A stretch of 48,020 nucleotides of DNA from Candidatus Hydrogenedentota bacterium (GTDB lineage Bacteria > Hydrogenedentota > Hydrogenedentia > Hydrogenedentales > SLHB01): NCBI GenBank assembly GCA_034408725.1, contig JAWXCN010000007.1:1-48020 (forward strand), read 5' to 3'. The notes beneath the pieces are model-generated. The model was given only the letters and a program-made list of their open reading frames with translations. It searched no databases and was not told where the DNA came from. Positions 30,726 to 40,400 of this stretch are shown piece after piece (within the stretch, counting starts at the first letter, position 1; the number at the start of each line of letters is the position of its first letter). A program made the position numbers and the translations under genes.

Positions 30726-31213
30726 GTAGGTGCGCTTTTGAATTTCAGTCGCGCCTCTACGCAAAGGCCGACGCGGTTTGGGCTCATGCGCGCACAATCG
30801 CCGGCGTAAACAAGGAACTATGGCCGCTATGCCGGATGACCTATCCCGCCGCATACGCAAGCCGCACCATCGAAGATGCGCCGCTGGGCCAACGCGCGTT
30901 CCGCAGTTGGATACTCCTGTTCGGATTTATACCCATTGACTACGACGACCTGATGTTGGTACGCGTAACTCCTCCGACGGACTTCCGCGAAGAATCCACC
31001 ATGCTCACGCAACGCACGTGGATACACGAACGCACCATCCAGCGAAATCCCGTGGGTTGTACTGTGATTGATCGCGTGACCTTCGAGCCGCGGATTAGGC
31101 CGTTCGGCCCGGTATTTCTACGCCTCTATCGCCTCGCATTCTGGAACCGCCACAGGAAATTGCGGCGGATGTTTGGCACGCACCGGCTCCACGGCGCACA
31201 ACCTGCGCAATAA
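30722..31213 (+). CDS. Hypothetical protein, SRPBCC-like
   Basis: GVNKELWP..RMT, FRSWILLFGFIPIDYD, WIHERTI, DRVTFEPR, RHRKLR. Confidence 0.7.
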   Translation: MSRCAFEFQSRLYAKADAVWAHARTIAGVNKELWPLCRMTYPAAYASRTIEDAPLGQRAFRSWILLFGFIPIDYDDLMLVRVTPPTDFREESTMLTQRTWIHERTIQRNPVGCTVIDRVTFEPRIRPFGPVFLRLYRLAFWNRHRKLRRMFGTHRLHGAQPAQ

Positions 31214-31250
31214 CTCCGCTATACTCTCCCGCGAAGGGGGAGCGCGGCGT

Positions 31251-32939
31251 TTGAACATTCTCGGCATTGGGGGATACTCGCACGATTCGGCGGCGGCTTT
31301 GGTGTGCGATGGGCAGTTGGTGGCGGCGGTCGCGGAAGAGCGGCTGACGCGGGTGAAGCATCAGGGTGGCGTGCCGCGCAAGGCGGTGCAGTTTTGCCTG
31401 GATACCGCAGGCATTACACGAGATGAGGTCGATCACATTTGCTGTTACATGCGGCCCGGACGGCGTCTCATGTCGCGCATTCCGTATCGGCTAGGAAAGA
31501 TGTTTCGCGCGCCGAGTTATTCGGCGGGGTATATAGGCTACGAAATTCTTCACAATGCCCGCTACATTGCGGAAATGCGCAGTCTTCGCGGCAAGAAAAC
31601 GCGGCTGCATTTTATGGAGCACCATCCCGCGCACGCGGCTTCGTCGTTTCTCGTCAGTCCGTTTAGTTCTGCCGCGCTGTTGTCGATCGACTACGTGGGT
31701 GAATGGGCGTCGACTTGGGCGGGACTCGGCGCCGACAGCACCATCACGAGGGAATGGTCGGCGAACTATCCCAATTCATTGGGTGTTCTTTATACCGCGA
31801 TTACGGATTATCTCGGCTTCGCCCGCGCAAGTGATGAGTATAAGGTGATGGGGTTGGCGTCGTACGGTGAACCGGAGTTCGCGCAAGATTTTCGTTGGAT
31901 CGTCCGGCGCGGATTATTGGGCCAATACCACATCGATATGTCGTGGCTACAATGCCATTACCTGCCCGGATCGCGGCGTGGATACATGTCCCATAAATTT
32001 ATCAAGCGATTTGGCCCCCCCCGAAAGCGTGACGAACCTATTGAAGCGCGGCACAGGAACATCGCTGCGTCATTGCAGACGGTCCTCGAAGAGACGGTCC
32101 TTTATACTGCTGAATCCGTGCACAACGCGACGGGGCAAAGCCGCCTTTGTCTTGCCGGCGGTGTCGCGCTGAACTGTTCGATGAACGGGCGTCTGTTGCG
32201 CGAGGGCCCCTTCGAGGAAATCTTTGTGCAACCCGCGGCGGGCGACGACGGCATCGCGATTGGCGCGGCATTTCAGAAGTATTACGCGCTTGCGGGAAAG
32301 CCGCGCGAATTCGAAATGCAGCACGCGTATTGGGGTCCCGAATTCTCGAACAACGCGATCAAACACTTCCTTGATCTTGCAAAATTGCCCTACGAATCGC
32401 CCGCGAATGTGGTCGAACGCACCGCCGATCTCCTTGCGGAAGGAAAGATTGTGGGCTGGTACCAGGGGCGCATGGAGTTTGGGCCGCGGGCGCTGGGTTC
32501 GCGCAGCATTTTGGCGGACCCGACCCGCGCGGACATGAAAGACCTTATCAACAAATACGTCAAGCACCGCGAGGAGTTTCGTCCGTTCGCGCCGAGCTGT
32601 CTTGAGGAGCGCGCGACGGAATACTTCGAGGGATGCACGAAATCGCCGTTCATGCTTTTTGTCTACCGCGTTAAACCAGAAATGCGCGAGCGCGTGCCCG
32701 CCATCACGCACGTCGATGGCACTGCCCGCGTGCAAACGGTGAACAAAGTTTCAAACCCCAGGTTCTACGCGGTCATCGAAGCATTCGAGAAACGCCGCGG
32801 CGTGCCCATGGTCTTGAACACTTCGTTCAACGTCATGGGCGAACCGATTGTACACACGCCCGCGGACGCGGTCCGGTGTTTCTACAGCACCGGCATGGAT
32901 GCGCTGGTCATGGGCGACCATGTACTGCTGAAGAACTAG
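31251..32939 (+). CDS. O-carbamoyltransferase (NodU/CmcH family)
   Basis: HDSAAAL, EERLTRVKH, HHPAHAAS, EYKVMGLASYG, AGGVALN, EFGPRALGSRS, HVDGTAR.Q, NTSFN; TTG start at 31251. Confidence 0.93.
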   Translation: MNILGIGGYSHDSAAALVCDGQLVAAVAEERLTRVKHQGGVPRKAVQFCLDTAGITRDEVDHICCYMRPGRRLMSRIPYRLGKMFRAPSYSAGYIGYEILHNARYIAEMRSLRGKKTRLHFMEHHPAHAASSFLVSPFSSAALLSIDYVGEWASTWAGLGADSTITREWSANYPNSLGVLYTAITDYLGFARASDEYKVMGLASYGEPEFAQDFRWIVRRGLLGQYHIDMSWLQCHYLPGSRRGYMSHKFIKRFGPPRKRDEPIEARHRNIAASLQTVLEETVLYTAESVHNATGQSRLCLAGGVALNCSMNGRLLREGPFEEIFVQPAAGDDGIAIGAAFQKYYALAGKPREFEMQHAYWGPEFSNNAIKHFLDLAKLPYESPANVVERTADLLAEGKIVGWYQGRMEFGPRALGSRSILADPTRADMKDLINKYVKHREEFRPFAPSCLEERATEYFEGCTKSPFMLFVYRVKPEMRERVPAITHVDGTARVQTVNKVSNPRFYAVIEAFEKRRGVPMVLNTSFNVMGEPIVHTPADAVRCFYSTGMDALVMGDHVLLKN

Positions 32940-32963
32940 CTTTCTTTTAGGAAGAAACCATTG

Positions 32964-33224
32964 TGGAATGCGGCAGCGGGTGGCTGCCGCTTTCCATGCT
33001 GTGCGTGCGCGCACGAAGCGATCGTCCATAAACAGCCAGAGCGGTTTCTGCGCTGCCCGCTTCGCCACCGCAGTCCAAATAGCGCACTTTCCGAACGCGG
33101 CCTTGGAGTGCGGCTGCGGGTTGCTGCCGCTTTCCATTCGGAACCTTCCAGCGCTTCGTATCGCCCGCGCAAGGCAACACTTTTGACTCCCCAAAGCGGT
33201 AGCTGGCCGCTACCGCGCTCGAAA
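32964..33224. repeat. Cluster of four REP-like hairpin units in alternating orientation (copy C)
   Basis: tggaatgcggcagcgggtggctgccgctttcc (32964), agagcggt...accgcagtccaaa (~33038-33079), ttggagtgcggctgcgggttgctgccgctttcc (~33103) and aaagcggtagc...gctaccgcgctcgaaa (~33193), between convergent genes. Confidence 0.75.
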
Positions 33225-33227
33225 ATG

Positions 33228-34211
33228 TCAGGCCGTTCGCACGATGACCTTTCCCATTGGCCCCTCGGCGAGCCGATTGAACGCAGCGTGTACGTCATCG
33301 AACGCGAATTCGGAATCGATGATGGGTTTCGCGCCGGTTTTTTGTGACGCGGCGAGAATCTTTGTCCACGCGTCTTGTGCCTGGCCCGCCGTATACGCTC
33401 CAACCGCGACGCCTTCGATTCGGGCGCGCTTGAAGATGAGGTGGCCCAGCGAGATTTCGGCCATGAACCCGCCCAATAATCCGACGACACCGATGCGCCC
33501 ATTTTCAGCGAGCACGTTGACGCTCGATTGCAGATAGGCGCCACCAAGGTTTTCAACGACGATATCGACGCGCCCGCCATCGAGTACCCGCAGGATTTCG
33601 GATTCCATTGCGTCGGGATTGGTTGAATCGACGGTGACAACAGCGCCAAGCGTCGTGAGGCGCGCGCGTTTGTCCGCGCTGCGCGATCCCGCGATCACCC
33701 GCGCGCCCAATGCGCGCGCGAGCATTACGGTTGCGCTGCCGACGCCGCCGGATGCGCCGTTTACAAATACGGTCTGGCCAGGCTGTAACCCTCCCGTGTC
33801 CACCAGCGCGCGCCACGCCGTGAGAAAAACGAGCGGGCCAGCCGCGCCTTGCTGCATCGTCCATCCGACCGGCAATGGCGTGAGAAGCGTTTCCGGGACC
33901 ACGCAGCATTCCGCCAGCGTCCCATCGCGCGTCACGCCAACTTCGCCCCGCAATACGATTACACGGTCGCCGGTTTTATAGCGTCCATCGACCGATGCTT
34001 TTTCAATCACGCCGGCGCCGTCGCGGCCAACAGCCATCGGCGGCGCGCCCGCGCGCGGATACAATCCCCGCACGACGAGAGCGTCCGCGGGATTGAGCGC
34101 GGCGTATGCGATGCGCACGAGCGCTTCGCCGACACGCGGAGTAGGGATCGGTACATCTTCCAATTGCAGGTTGGCGATGTCGCCGTGTTCATGAAATCGC
34201 CAAATTCTCAT
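33228..34211 (-). CDS. MDR-family NADPH:quinone oxidoreductase-like dehydrogenase
   Basis: AALNPAD, GRDGAGV, LTAWRAL, NGASGGVG, GPMGKVIV. Confidence 0.9.
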   Translation of the reverse strand: MRIWRFHEHGDIANLQLEDVPIPTPRVGEALVRIAYAALNPADALVVRGLYPRAGAPPMAVGRDGAGVIEKASVDGRYKTGDRVIVLRGEVGVTRDGTLAECCVVPETLLTPLPVGWTMQQGAAGPLVFLTAWRALVDTGGLQPGQTVFVNGASGGVGSATVMLARALGARVIAGSRSADKRARLTTLGAVVTVDSTNPDAMESEILRVLDGGRVDIVVENLGGAYLQSSVNVLAENGRIGVVGLLGGFMAEISLGHLIFKRARIEGVAVGAYTAGQAQDAWTKILAASQKTGAKPIIDSEFAFDDVHAAFNRLAEGPMGKVIVRTA

Positions 34212-34232
34212 GGCCTTCTCCCGGAAAACAGA

Positions 34233-35846
34233 TCAGTTGTTCAATGCATTCTTTAGCGCCTGTGCGCCGGAATGTTGCGGCTCAAGCGCAAGCGCGGTGT
34301 CCAACGCCTTTTGCGCATCGTCAATTCGGCCGAGCTGCACGAGCGTAGCGGCCATTCTTGCATGGACATCGGCGTCGGATGGCGCGGCGTTGGCCGCCGC
34401 CGCGAAGGCCTGCGCGGCCCGGCCGAACTCCCCGAGGTTGTAATAGGCGCTGCCGAGATTGTACCAACCCTCGACGACGCGTGGTTTCACGCGGGTCGCC
34501 GCCTCGAACTCGATCGCCGCGCCCCGCATGTCCCCCGCATCGATTAGGGCAAGGCCAAGGTTGATGTGCGCGGGAAAATTGTTCGTAGTGACTTCAAGCG
34601 TTTTGCGGAACAGTGTTTCCGAGCTGCGCCACTGGCCCGCATACGTTACCGTGATGCTCGCGCACAATGCGAGCACTAGCGCTACAACGGTGATTGCCGC
34701 GGGTTTCGCGCGAGGGCCAATAAACGATCCGGCCCCCCACACGAGCATCATGAAGACGCCGATGATCGTAATGTAGGTGTAACGATCGGCCATGGCCTGC
34801 GCGCCAATCTGTACAAGGCCAATGACCGGCACAAGCGTGCCCACGAACCAAAGCCATCCGGCAAGGATATACGGCCGGCTTTTCCACATGCGCAGGGCGA
34901 GCAGCGAAATCCCGATCAATATTGTCAGCGCGACTGCCACGGTCCACATGGCCCACGCGGGTTCGGGATACGGATAAAACACCGCAAGCGGCGATGGCCA
35001 GATCACCCGCCCCGCGTATAGCACGTATGACACGATCGCATTCGTGACGCGGTCGTACAGCGGAAACACCTCTGTGCCCTGCAACGACCCACCCTTGCGC
35101 TGCGTGATGATGGCTATCACGGCAAACGCAATGGTCAGCACGAAGAGAGGAACTTTCTCGCGCACGAGCCCAACGGCCCGTTCGCGCCAGCCCGGTTCCG
35201 CGAAATCGATCCGGCGCAACGGCCAGTAATCCAATACCAGCAACAGGAAAGGAAACGTCACCAGCATGCTCTTGGCCATTAAGCCTAGCGCGAACAGCGC
35301 CATCACGAGCACGTAGGCGTTCGCTTTACGAACACGGACGTATCGCGTGTACGCGATCAGAGCGAGCAGCATGAACAGCGTGCTCAACACGTCCTTGCGC
35401 GAGGCGATCCACGCCACGGACTCGACATGGAGCGGATGCACGGCGAAGAACGCGGCCACGACCGCGCTTTTACCGATTTCCCGCGTGGCTAAAAACAAAA
35501 ACAGGAACAGCAGCACGGTATTCGCAATATGGAGGAAAATATTGGTGAGGTGGTGACCGCGCGGGTTAAGGCCGTACAGCGATGCATCGAGCGCGTGCGA
35601 AAGCACGGTAACAGGTTGCCAGTTCGACGCGACGATTCCCGTAAATGCGCCGCGCACGCCCGCGGGCGTGAGTCCGTCGCGCACATCGGGGTTCTCGGTA
35701 ACATAACTGGGGTCGTCGTAGGTAAGAAAATCGTTGTATTGCACGCGCCAAAAAACGAGAAGCGTCAATAACCCGAGCGCGGCGCATAGCAACCAGAGCG
35801 TGCCGTTGACGCCCGGCGTCTCCGGCTGCATGTGCGGTTTTGTCAT
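34233..35846 (-). CDS. TMTC-like GT-C glycosyltransferase (putative protein O-mannosyltransferase) with C-terminal TPRs
   Basis: YDDPSYV, NWQPVT.LSH, HPLHVESVAWIASRKDVL, ADRYTY and TPR repeats. Confidence 0.85.
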   Translation of the reverse strand: MTKPHMQPETPGVNGTLWLLCAALGLLTLLVFWRVQYNDFLTYDDPSYVTENPDVRDGLTPAGVRGAFTGIVASNWQPVTVLSHALDASLYGLNPRGHHLTNIFLHIANTVLLFLFLFLATREIGKSAVVAAFFAVHPLHVESVAWIASRKDVLSTLFMLLALIAYTRYVRVRKANAYVLVMALFALGLMAKSMLVTFPFLLLVLDYWPLRRIDFAEPGWRERAVGLVREKVPLFVLTIAFAVIAIITQRKGGSLQGTEVFPLYDRVTNAIVSYVLYAGRVIWPSPLAVFYPYPEPAWAMWTVAVALTILIGISLLALRMWKSRPYILAGWLWFVGTLVPVIGLVQIGAQAMADRYTYITIIGVFMMLVWGAGSFIGPRAKPAAITVVALVLALCASITVTYAGQWRSSETLFRKTLEVTTNNFPAHINLGLALIDAGDMRGAAIEFEAATRVKPRVVEGWYNLGSAYYNLGEFGRAAQAFAAAANAAPSDADVHARMAATLVQLGRIDDAQKALDTALALEPQHSGAQALKNALNN

Positions 35847-35870
35847 GCGCGGTTTTTCGCTTTGCGGGCG

Positions 35871-37286
35871 TCAGAACATCGGGTCGCGCAAACAAGTCTC
35901 GCGCAGGTTGTGGTACTCCTCGAACATCGCTTCGGCGTTTTCGGTATCGATGCCTAAAATACCGAGAGGCAATGCGAGCGACTGGATGGCGCCGCGCCAT
36001 GCTTCGACATCGCCGCCGGGCGTGCGCGCCATGACCTCGGCAATCGAGACTATGGCCGTTGCTTCCTTCGCGGCGCCGGCGAGTTCGGGTTTGTGGTGAA
36101 ACCGGATGGGCTCGATGATATCAATGGGCAATCCCCAGTGGTCTGCAAGCACGTAGCCGGCCTCGGTGTGCGAAATTCCGATTTCCGATTCTTCTGCCGC
36201 TTGCAGTTCACAGCCCTCGAGGTCCTTCTGCACCTTGAGATACAACTCGGGCACGGCTTCCGAAAGCGCCAACCGGCCAATGTCATGCAACAGCCCGCCG
36301 CTGAAAACGCCAGGGATATGTTTCCTGCCCGCGGTCTTGGTGACAATGCGCGTCGCGCCCGCGCAACACATTGAATCCAGCCAGAATTGCCGGTAATCCA
36401 GGGTCTTGGTCTTTTCAAACACATTCACCACGGCCGCGGAAAGCACAATGGAATACGTTTCACGCAATCCCAACAACGAAACCGCGAGCGATACATCATC
36501 GACGCGCTGCGCGAACCCGTACGCTGCCGAGTTCGCGACACTCAACACTTTCGCCGCGATCGGTGGGTCCATGACGATGATATCCGCGACATCGCGAATC
36601 GTGCTCATGGGATCAAGTGTGGCGTCCTGCACGCGCCGCACCGTTTCCGGAAGGGCGGGGAGCGTGTCGATTTGCCGTATCATCGCGGCCACGCTGGAGA
36701 GGCGCAGCGACGTGGCCAAACCGCGCACGTTTTCCGCGCTGTCCTTCGGCGCGGCAGGTTCGGTCTCGTTTGGGTAATAGCGCTCGATTGCCGCGCGAAT
36801 GTCGTTTGGCGCGCAGAGCAGTGGTTTAACGCGCAATCCGGTAGCGCTTTCGATTTGTTTGACGGTGGCCGTATCGAGCGGGCAGACCATGCCCACGGTA
36901 AGAAGTTTGCCAAGCTTGTCAATTGGAAACAGCTCGTGTTTAACGGCCAACTCGCGGGGAATTAGCGAGACCAATTCACGCGGTATTTCGTATTTGGACA
37001 GATCAATGCTCGCGATGCCGGGTTGCCGCGCGAGGAATTCCACGAAATTCTCTGCCGTAAGGTATCCAAGCGTGATCAACGTCTCTACGATTTTCGTGCC
37101 GCGCTGCTCCTGCAAATTCAACCCTTCGGTCAACTGATGGCTATCGACAAGACCCGCATCGATCAAGAGTTCGCCGATGCGCCGCCGCGCCGCCGCGTCC
37201 AATATTCTCGGGCCCCTCGGCGGGTGTTGCTGTTGTGGAGTTGCGCGCGCGGGATCGGGTTGTGTGCTGCCGGATTTGGATGCCAT
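35871..37286 (-). CDS. MshEN/T2SSE-N domain + HDOD domain signalling protein
   Basis: RIGELLIDAGLV....L...L..Q; LPALP, DPPIAAKVLSVANSAAYG, GLLHDIGRL, H.EAG..LA.HWGLP. Confidence 0.88.
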   Translation of the reverse strand: MASKSGSTQPDPARATPQQQHPPRGPRILDAAARRRIGELLIDAGLVDSHQLTEGLNLQEQRGTKIVETLITLGYLTAENFVEFLARQPGIASIDLSKYEIPRELVSLIPRELAVKHELFPIDKLGKLLTVGMVCPLDTATVKQIESATGLRVKPLLCAPNDIRAAIERYYPNETEPAAPKDSAENVRGLATSLRLSSVAAMIRQIDTLPALPETVRRVQDATLDPMSTIRDVADIIVMDPPIAAKVLSVANSAAYGFAQRVDDVSLAVSLLGLRETYSIVLSAAVVNVFEKTKTLDYRQFWLDSMCCAGATRIVTKTAGRKHIPGVFSGGLLHDIGRLALSEAVPELYLKVQKDLEGCELQAAEESEIGISHTEAGYVLADHWGLPIDIIEPIRFHHKPELAGAAKEATAIVSIAEVMARTPGGDVEAWRGAIQSLALPLGILGIDTENAEAMFEEYHNLRETCLRDPMF

Positions 37287-37356
37287 GAAAGTAGTGTCCT
37301 TGCTGTCGCTACGTCGCCGGCAATGTTACCCGTTATCTGATTGCCAATCGAATTCG

Positions 37357-38235
37357 TCATTGGTCTGGGGCAACCCCGCGTTCAACGGTGGAAACTGCCG
37401 AACTTCGTAGCGGAGCAATCCCGGCGCATACCGAGTGGGCGTGTTGTTCCGACGTACAGATACCAAATACCGTTGACCCGCTTCCGCTCATTGCCGTGGC
37501 TGTGCATCCGGCATCCAGCAGCGCCTGCTTGACGGCTTGAAGTTCAGGGTGTGCCGAAAAGACGGGCACTTCCATGCGGTTATATACGGCGCTTGCCAAA
37601 TCACCGACTGCCAGTTGCCGAAGGGCGTACTGGAACGGCGCCGTTTTTCCGTCAACCGTTGGGCCGGTATTCTTCGTAAGCAAAGGACTGGCATACACCT
37701 CGCCGGTGTTGATGCGCAACCCGGGATGGACCAGCACGCACCATGTCGCCCGGAGCGCCGGAAGCGGCTCGAGAATCTCGCCCCGGCCCGTTGCGGCTAC
37801 TGTGCCGCCAACGAGACAGTACGGGACATCCGAACCCAGCGTTATCGCGATGGATGCCAGTTCCGCGGTATCAAGACCGAGTTGCCAGAGTTCGTTAAGG
37901 CCAATAAGCGCGGCCGCGGCGTTGCCCGACCCTCCCGCAAGTCCCGCGGAGATTGGAATGCGCTTTTCGAGGTGCATGCGCGCGCCAGCGCCATAACCGG
38001 TATGATCGCGCAACGCCGCCGCCGCGCGGCAAACGAGATTCTCCGGCCCGCAATCAAGCGCGGGGCCGGCGCTCGAAAGTGTGACACCGCCTTGGTGTGA
38101 CACAGTAAGTACGTCATACAGGGCCACGGTTTGAAATATGGTCTCGATATCATGGTAACCGTCGGGCCGTTGCGGTAGCACGTCGAGATAGAGGTTAATT
38201 TTGGCGTATGAACGCAACCGTATGCTATCGCGCAT
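37357..38235 (-). CDS. ispE: 4-diphosphocytidyl-2-C-methyl-D-erythritol kinase
   Basis: AKINLYL, DGYH, KRIPISAGLAGGSGNAAA, LGSDVP, MSGSGS. Confidence 0.97.
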   Translation of the reverse strand: MRDSIRLRSYAKINLYLDVLPQRPDGYHDIETIFQTVALYDVLTVSHQGGVTLSSAGPALDCGPENLVCRAAAALRDHTGYGAGARMHLEKRIPISAGLAGGSGNAAAALIGLNELWQLGLDTAELASIAITLGSDVPYCLVGGTVAATGRGEILEPLPALRATWCVLVHPGLRINTGEVYASPLLTKNTGPTVDGKTAPFQYALRQLAVGDLASAVYNRMEVPVFSAHPELQAVKQALLDAGCTATAMSGSGSTVFGICTSEQHAHSVCAGIAPLRSSAVSTVERGVAPDQ

Positions 38236-38249
38236 AGTTGGGCTGGACC

Positions 38250-39923
38250 TCAGTAGTTTTTCGAGCGGAGGATGGAAATCAACAGCGCCACGCCGAGCGC
38301 ACCCGCGCCGATGAACCCCGCGTAGCCGAGCGAGCGGACACCAAAGGCGGTCGAGAGCAAAAGGCTCGAACCGACAATCAACGAGCCGGCGATAACGCTG
38401 AACGCAATCCGGTTGCTTGCGCGGTCCGTGACGTGCGCGAGATGATCAAGGCCTTCGTGATCAAGCTGAATCTTAATGCGGCCCTGGCGCACGAGACGTA
38501 GCGCCTCCTGGAGGTCACCCGGCAACTGCCTGCCTACGTGCAGCAGATGGGTCACTGTTTCCTGGCCCTCGTGCGCGAGATACTGCGGTGAATACCTGCG
38601 GGCTACGACCGCTTCGACATAGGGGCGGAGTATGGCCGCGATGTCCAGCGCGGGATCGAGCGAGCGCGCCGTGGATTCTATTGTGGCCATAGCCTTCAGC
38701 AACATCGAGAACCGGGGAGCGAGCTGCAGCTTCTGCCGCCGGAGAATCTGGGTCACGCGCTTGAGCGTATGTCCAATGTCTACCTTGCCCATGACCGTCT
38801 GCGATTCAAACGCGATGTATTCGGCAATTTCGTGATCAAGGGCCGCGCGGTCCTCGGCTTCACCAGTAGTCGTGAACGCCAGCAGTGCCCCGGTGCATGC
38901 GCGCGCATCTTCTTCGATGACGCCGCGCAACAGGTCTGCCATCGCGTGAACATCGGCGAGGTCCAAATGGCCAACCATCCCATAGTCGAGAAACGCGATC
39001 CGGTTGTTCCGCATCACCAGGATATTACCGGGGTGCGGGTCGGCGTGAAACAGGTGGTGTTCAAAGACCTGTTTGCATAGCGCGTGGCATCCGTTTTCCG
39101 CGACGGCGCGAGGGACGCTGTTGCGGTCCGCTAATTCGTCGCGCGCATCAGTGCGCACGCCGTCGATCCAATCCATCGTTAGAACGTGCTCGCTGGAAAG
39201 CGACGGCTCGACCCGCGGTACAAACACCGTGGCGTCATCGCTGTAGTTTTTGCGGAACCGCTGAATGACTCGGGCTTCAATCGTGAAATCGAGTTCGCGC
39301 AATATCGAGCGTTCGAACTCCGCGACAGTGCCCACGGGATCCATCCATGCAAATTCTTTCACGTGCTCATTCACCCACTCGGCAATGCCCTGGAGGAGAC
39401 TGATGTCCGACAGAATTTTTTGGCGAATGCCGGGCAGCTGGACCTTGACCGCGACATCGTGCCCCGTCATTGTCTTCGCGCGATACACCTGGCTGAGCGA
39501 AGCCGCGGCCACGGCAGTTTCATTGAATCCTGCGAACCGTTCTCCAATGGTTGCGCCCAAACTGTCCTCAATAATCGGGCGGATCATGTCGAACGGCAAC
39601 GCGGCGACATTGTCCTGGAGCAAAGAGAGCTCGTCGCAGAGTTCCGGGTCTATCAGATCGGGCCGCGTGCTGAGAATCTGGCCCAGCTTAACAAAAGTTG
39701 GGCCGAGTTCTGTCAACGCCGCGCGCAACCGCATTCCCAAAGTTTCTGGAACAATGGGTGGCTCGACGATGATGCGCATCGCGCGTAGGGCCTTGGCTGG
39801 AGCGCCTTCGTAAAGCCCAAGGCGGCGGACGATGTCCGCGAAGCCGTGCTTGATGAGAATCTGCACGACTTCCGCCAGACGCACGGCATTGCCTACGCGC
39901 TTTACAAGGCTGCGATATTGCAC
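38250..39923 (-). CDS. ABC1/AarF/UbiB-family atypical kinase with C-terminal TM helices
   Basis: LGPTFVKLGQILSTRPD, AAASLSQV, VAVKVQ, ELDF, FHADPHPGN, LDYGMVG; GTG start with RBS ggagg. Confidence 0.92.
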   Translation of the reverse strand: MQYRSLVKRVGNAVRLAEVVQILIKHGFADIVRRLGLYEGAPAKALRAMRIIVEPPIVPETLGMRLRAALTELGPTFVKLGQILSTRPDLIDPELCDELSLLQDNVAALPFDMIRPIIEDSLGATIGERFAGFNETAVAAASLSQVYRAKTMTGHDVAVKVQLPGIRQKILSDISLLQGIAEWVNEHVKEFAWMDPVGTVAEFERSILRELDFTIEARVIQRFRKNYSDDATVFVPRVEPSLSSEHVLTMDWIDGVRTDARDELADRNSVPRAVAENGCHALCKQVFEHHLFHADPHPGNILVMRNNRIAFLDYGMVGHLDLADVHAMADLLRGVIEEDARACTGALLAFTTTGEAEDRAALDHEIAEYIAFESQTVMGKVDIGHTLKRVTQILRRQKLQLAPRFSMLLKAMATIESTARSLDPALDIAAILRPYVEAVVARRYSPQYLAHEGQETVTHLLHVGRQLPGDLQEALRLVRQGRIKIQLDHEGLDHLAHVTDRASNRIAFSVIAGSLIVGSSLLLSTAFGVRSLGYAGFIGAGALGVALLISILRSKNY

Positions 39924-40045
39924 GCTAATGGTCCTCCGGGTGAAACGGAGCGTAGGATAGACATCCTCGAACGTTCCGTGCGAAACCCGCGCGGATTGTA
40001 GATGGAATGCTGTGCGGGCCGCCACATGCCGCTGCCGGACGCAGT

Positions 40046-40212
40046 GCAATCGCGCTTAAGTCCCAGATTTCCCGCGTGATGCCAAGAAAAGCGGCGCTGA
40101 CACGCAGCAAATAGACGTCCAAAATCCGCGCGGAGCGCCGTGGAGTGCGGCAGCGGGTAGCTGCCGCTTTCCATTTCCTGGGCAAGGTCACTTCGCAGTT
40201 AAGCGAGACCGC
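40046..40212. mobile_element. MITE/REP-like repeat, copy D
   Basis: Left end gcaatcgcgcttaa, right end ttaagcgagaccgc; the internal segment 40117-40205 is the reverse complement of 12-99. Confidence 0.6.
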
Positions 40213-40400
40213 CCTAATTTCTATTCATGTGTTCCTGAAGCCTTCAAATTTATTGGAGCATTCGAGTACCCCGAAGTGAAAGCTGCGCTGACACGCAGCA
40301 CTCCAAGCGGCCGTCGATCAGTTGGAAAATCGCGGCGGCGTTGTTCACGCTTTGGACATCCGGCTGGAATATCCGTGGTGCGTAGATTGGGAGAACTGTC

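Noticed and set aside
32964-33224. CRISPR array
   Set aside because: The units are degenerate, alternate in orientation and have no regular spacers, and there are no cas genes; REP-like instead.
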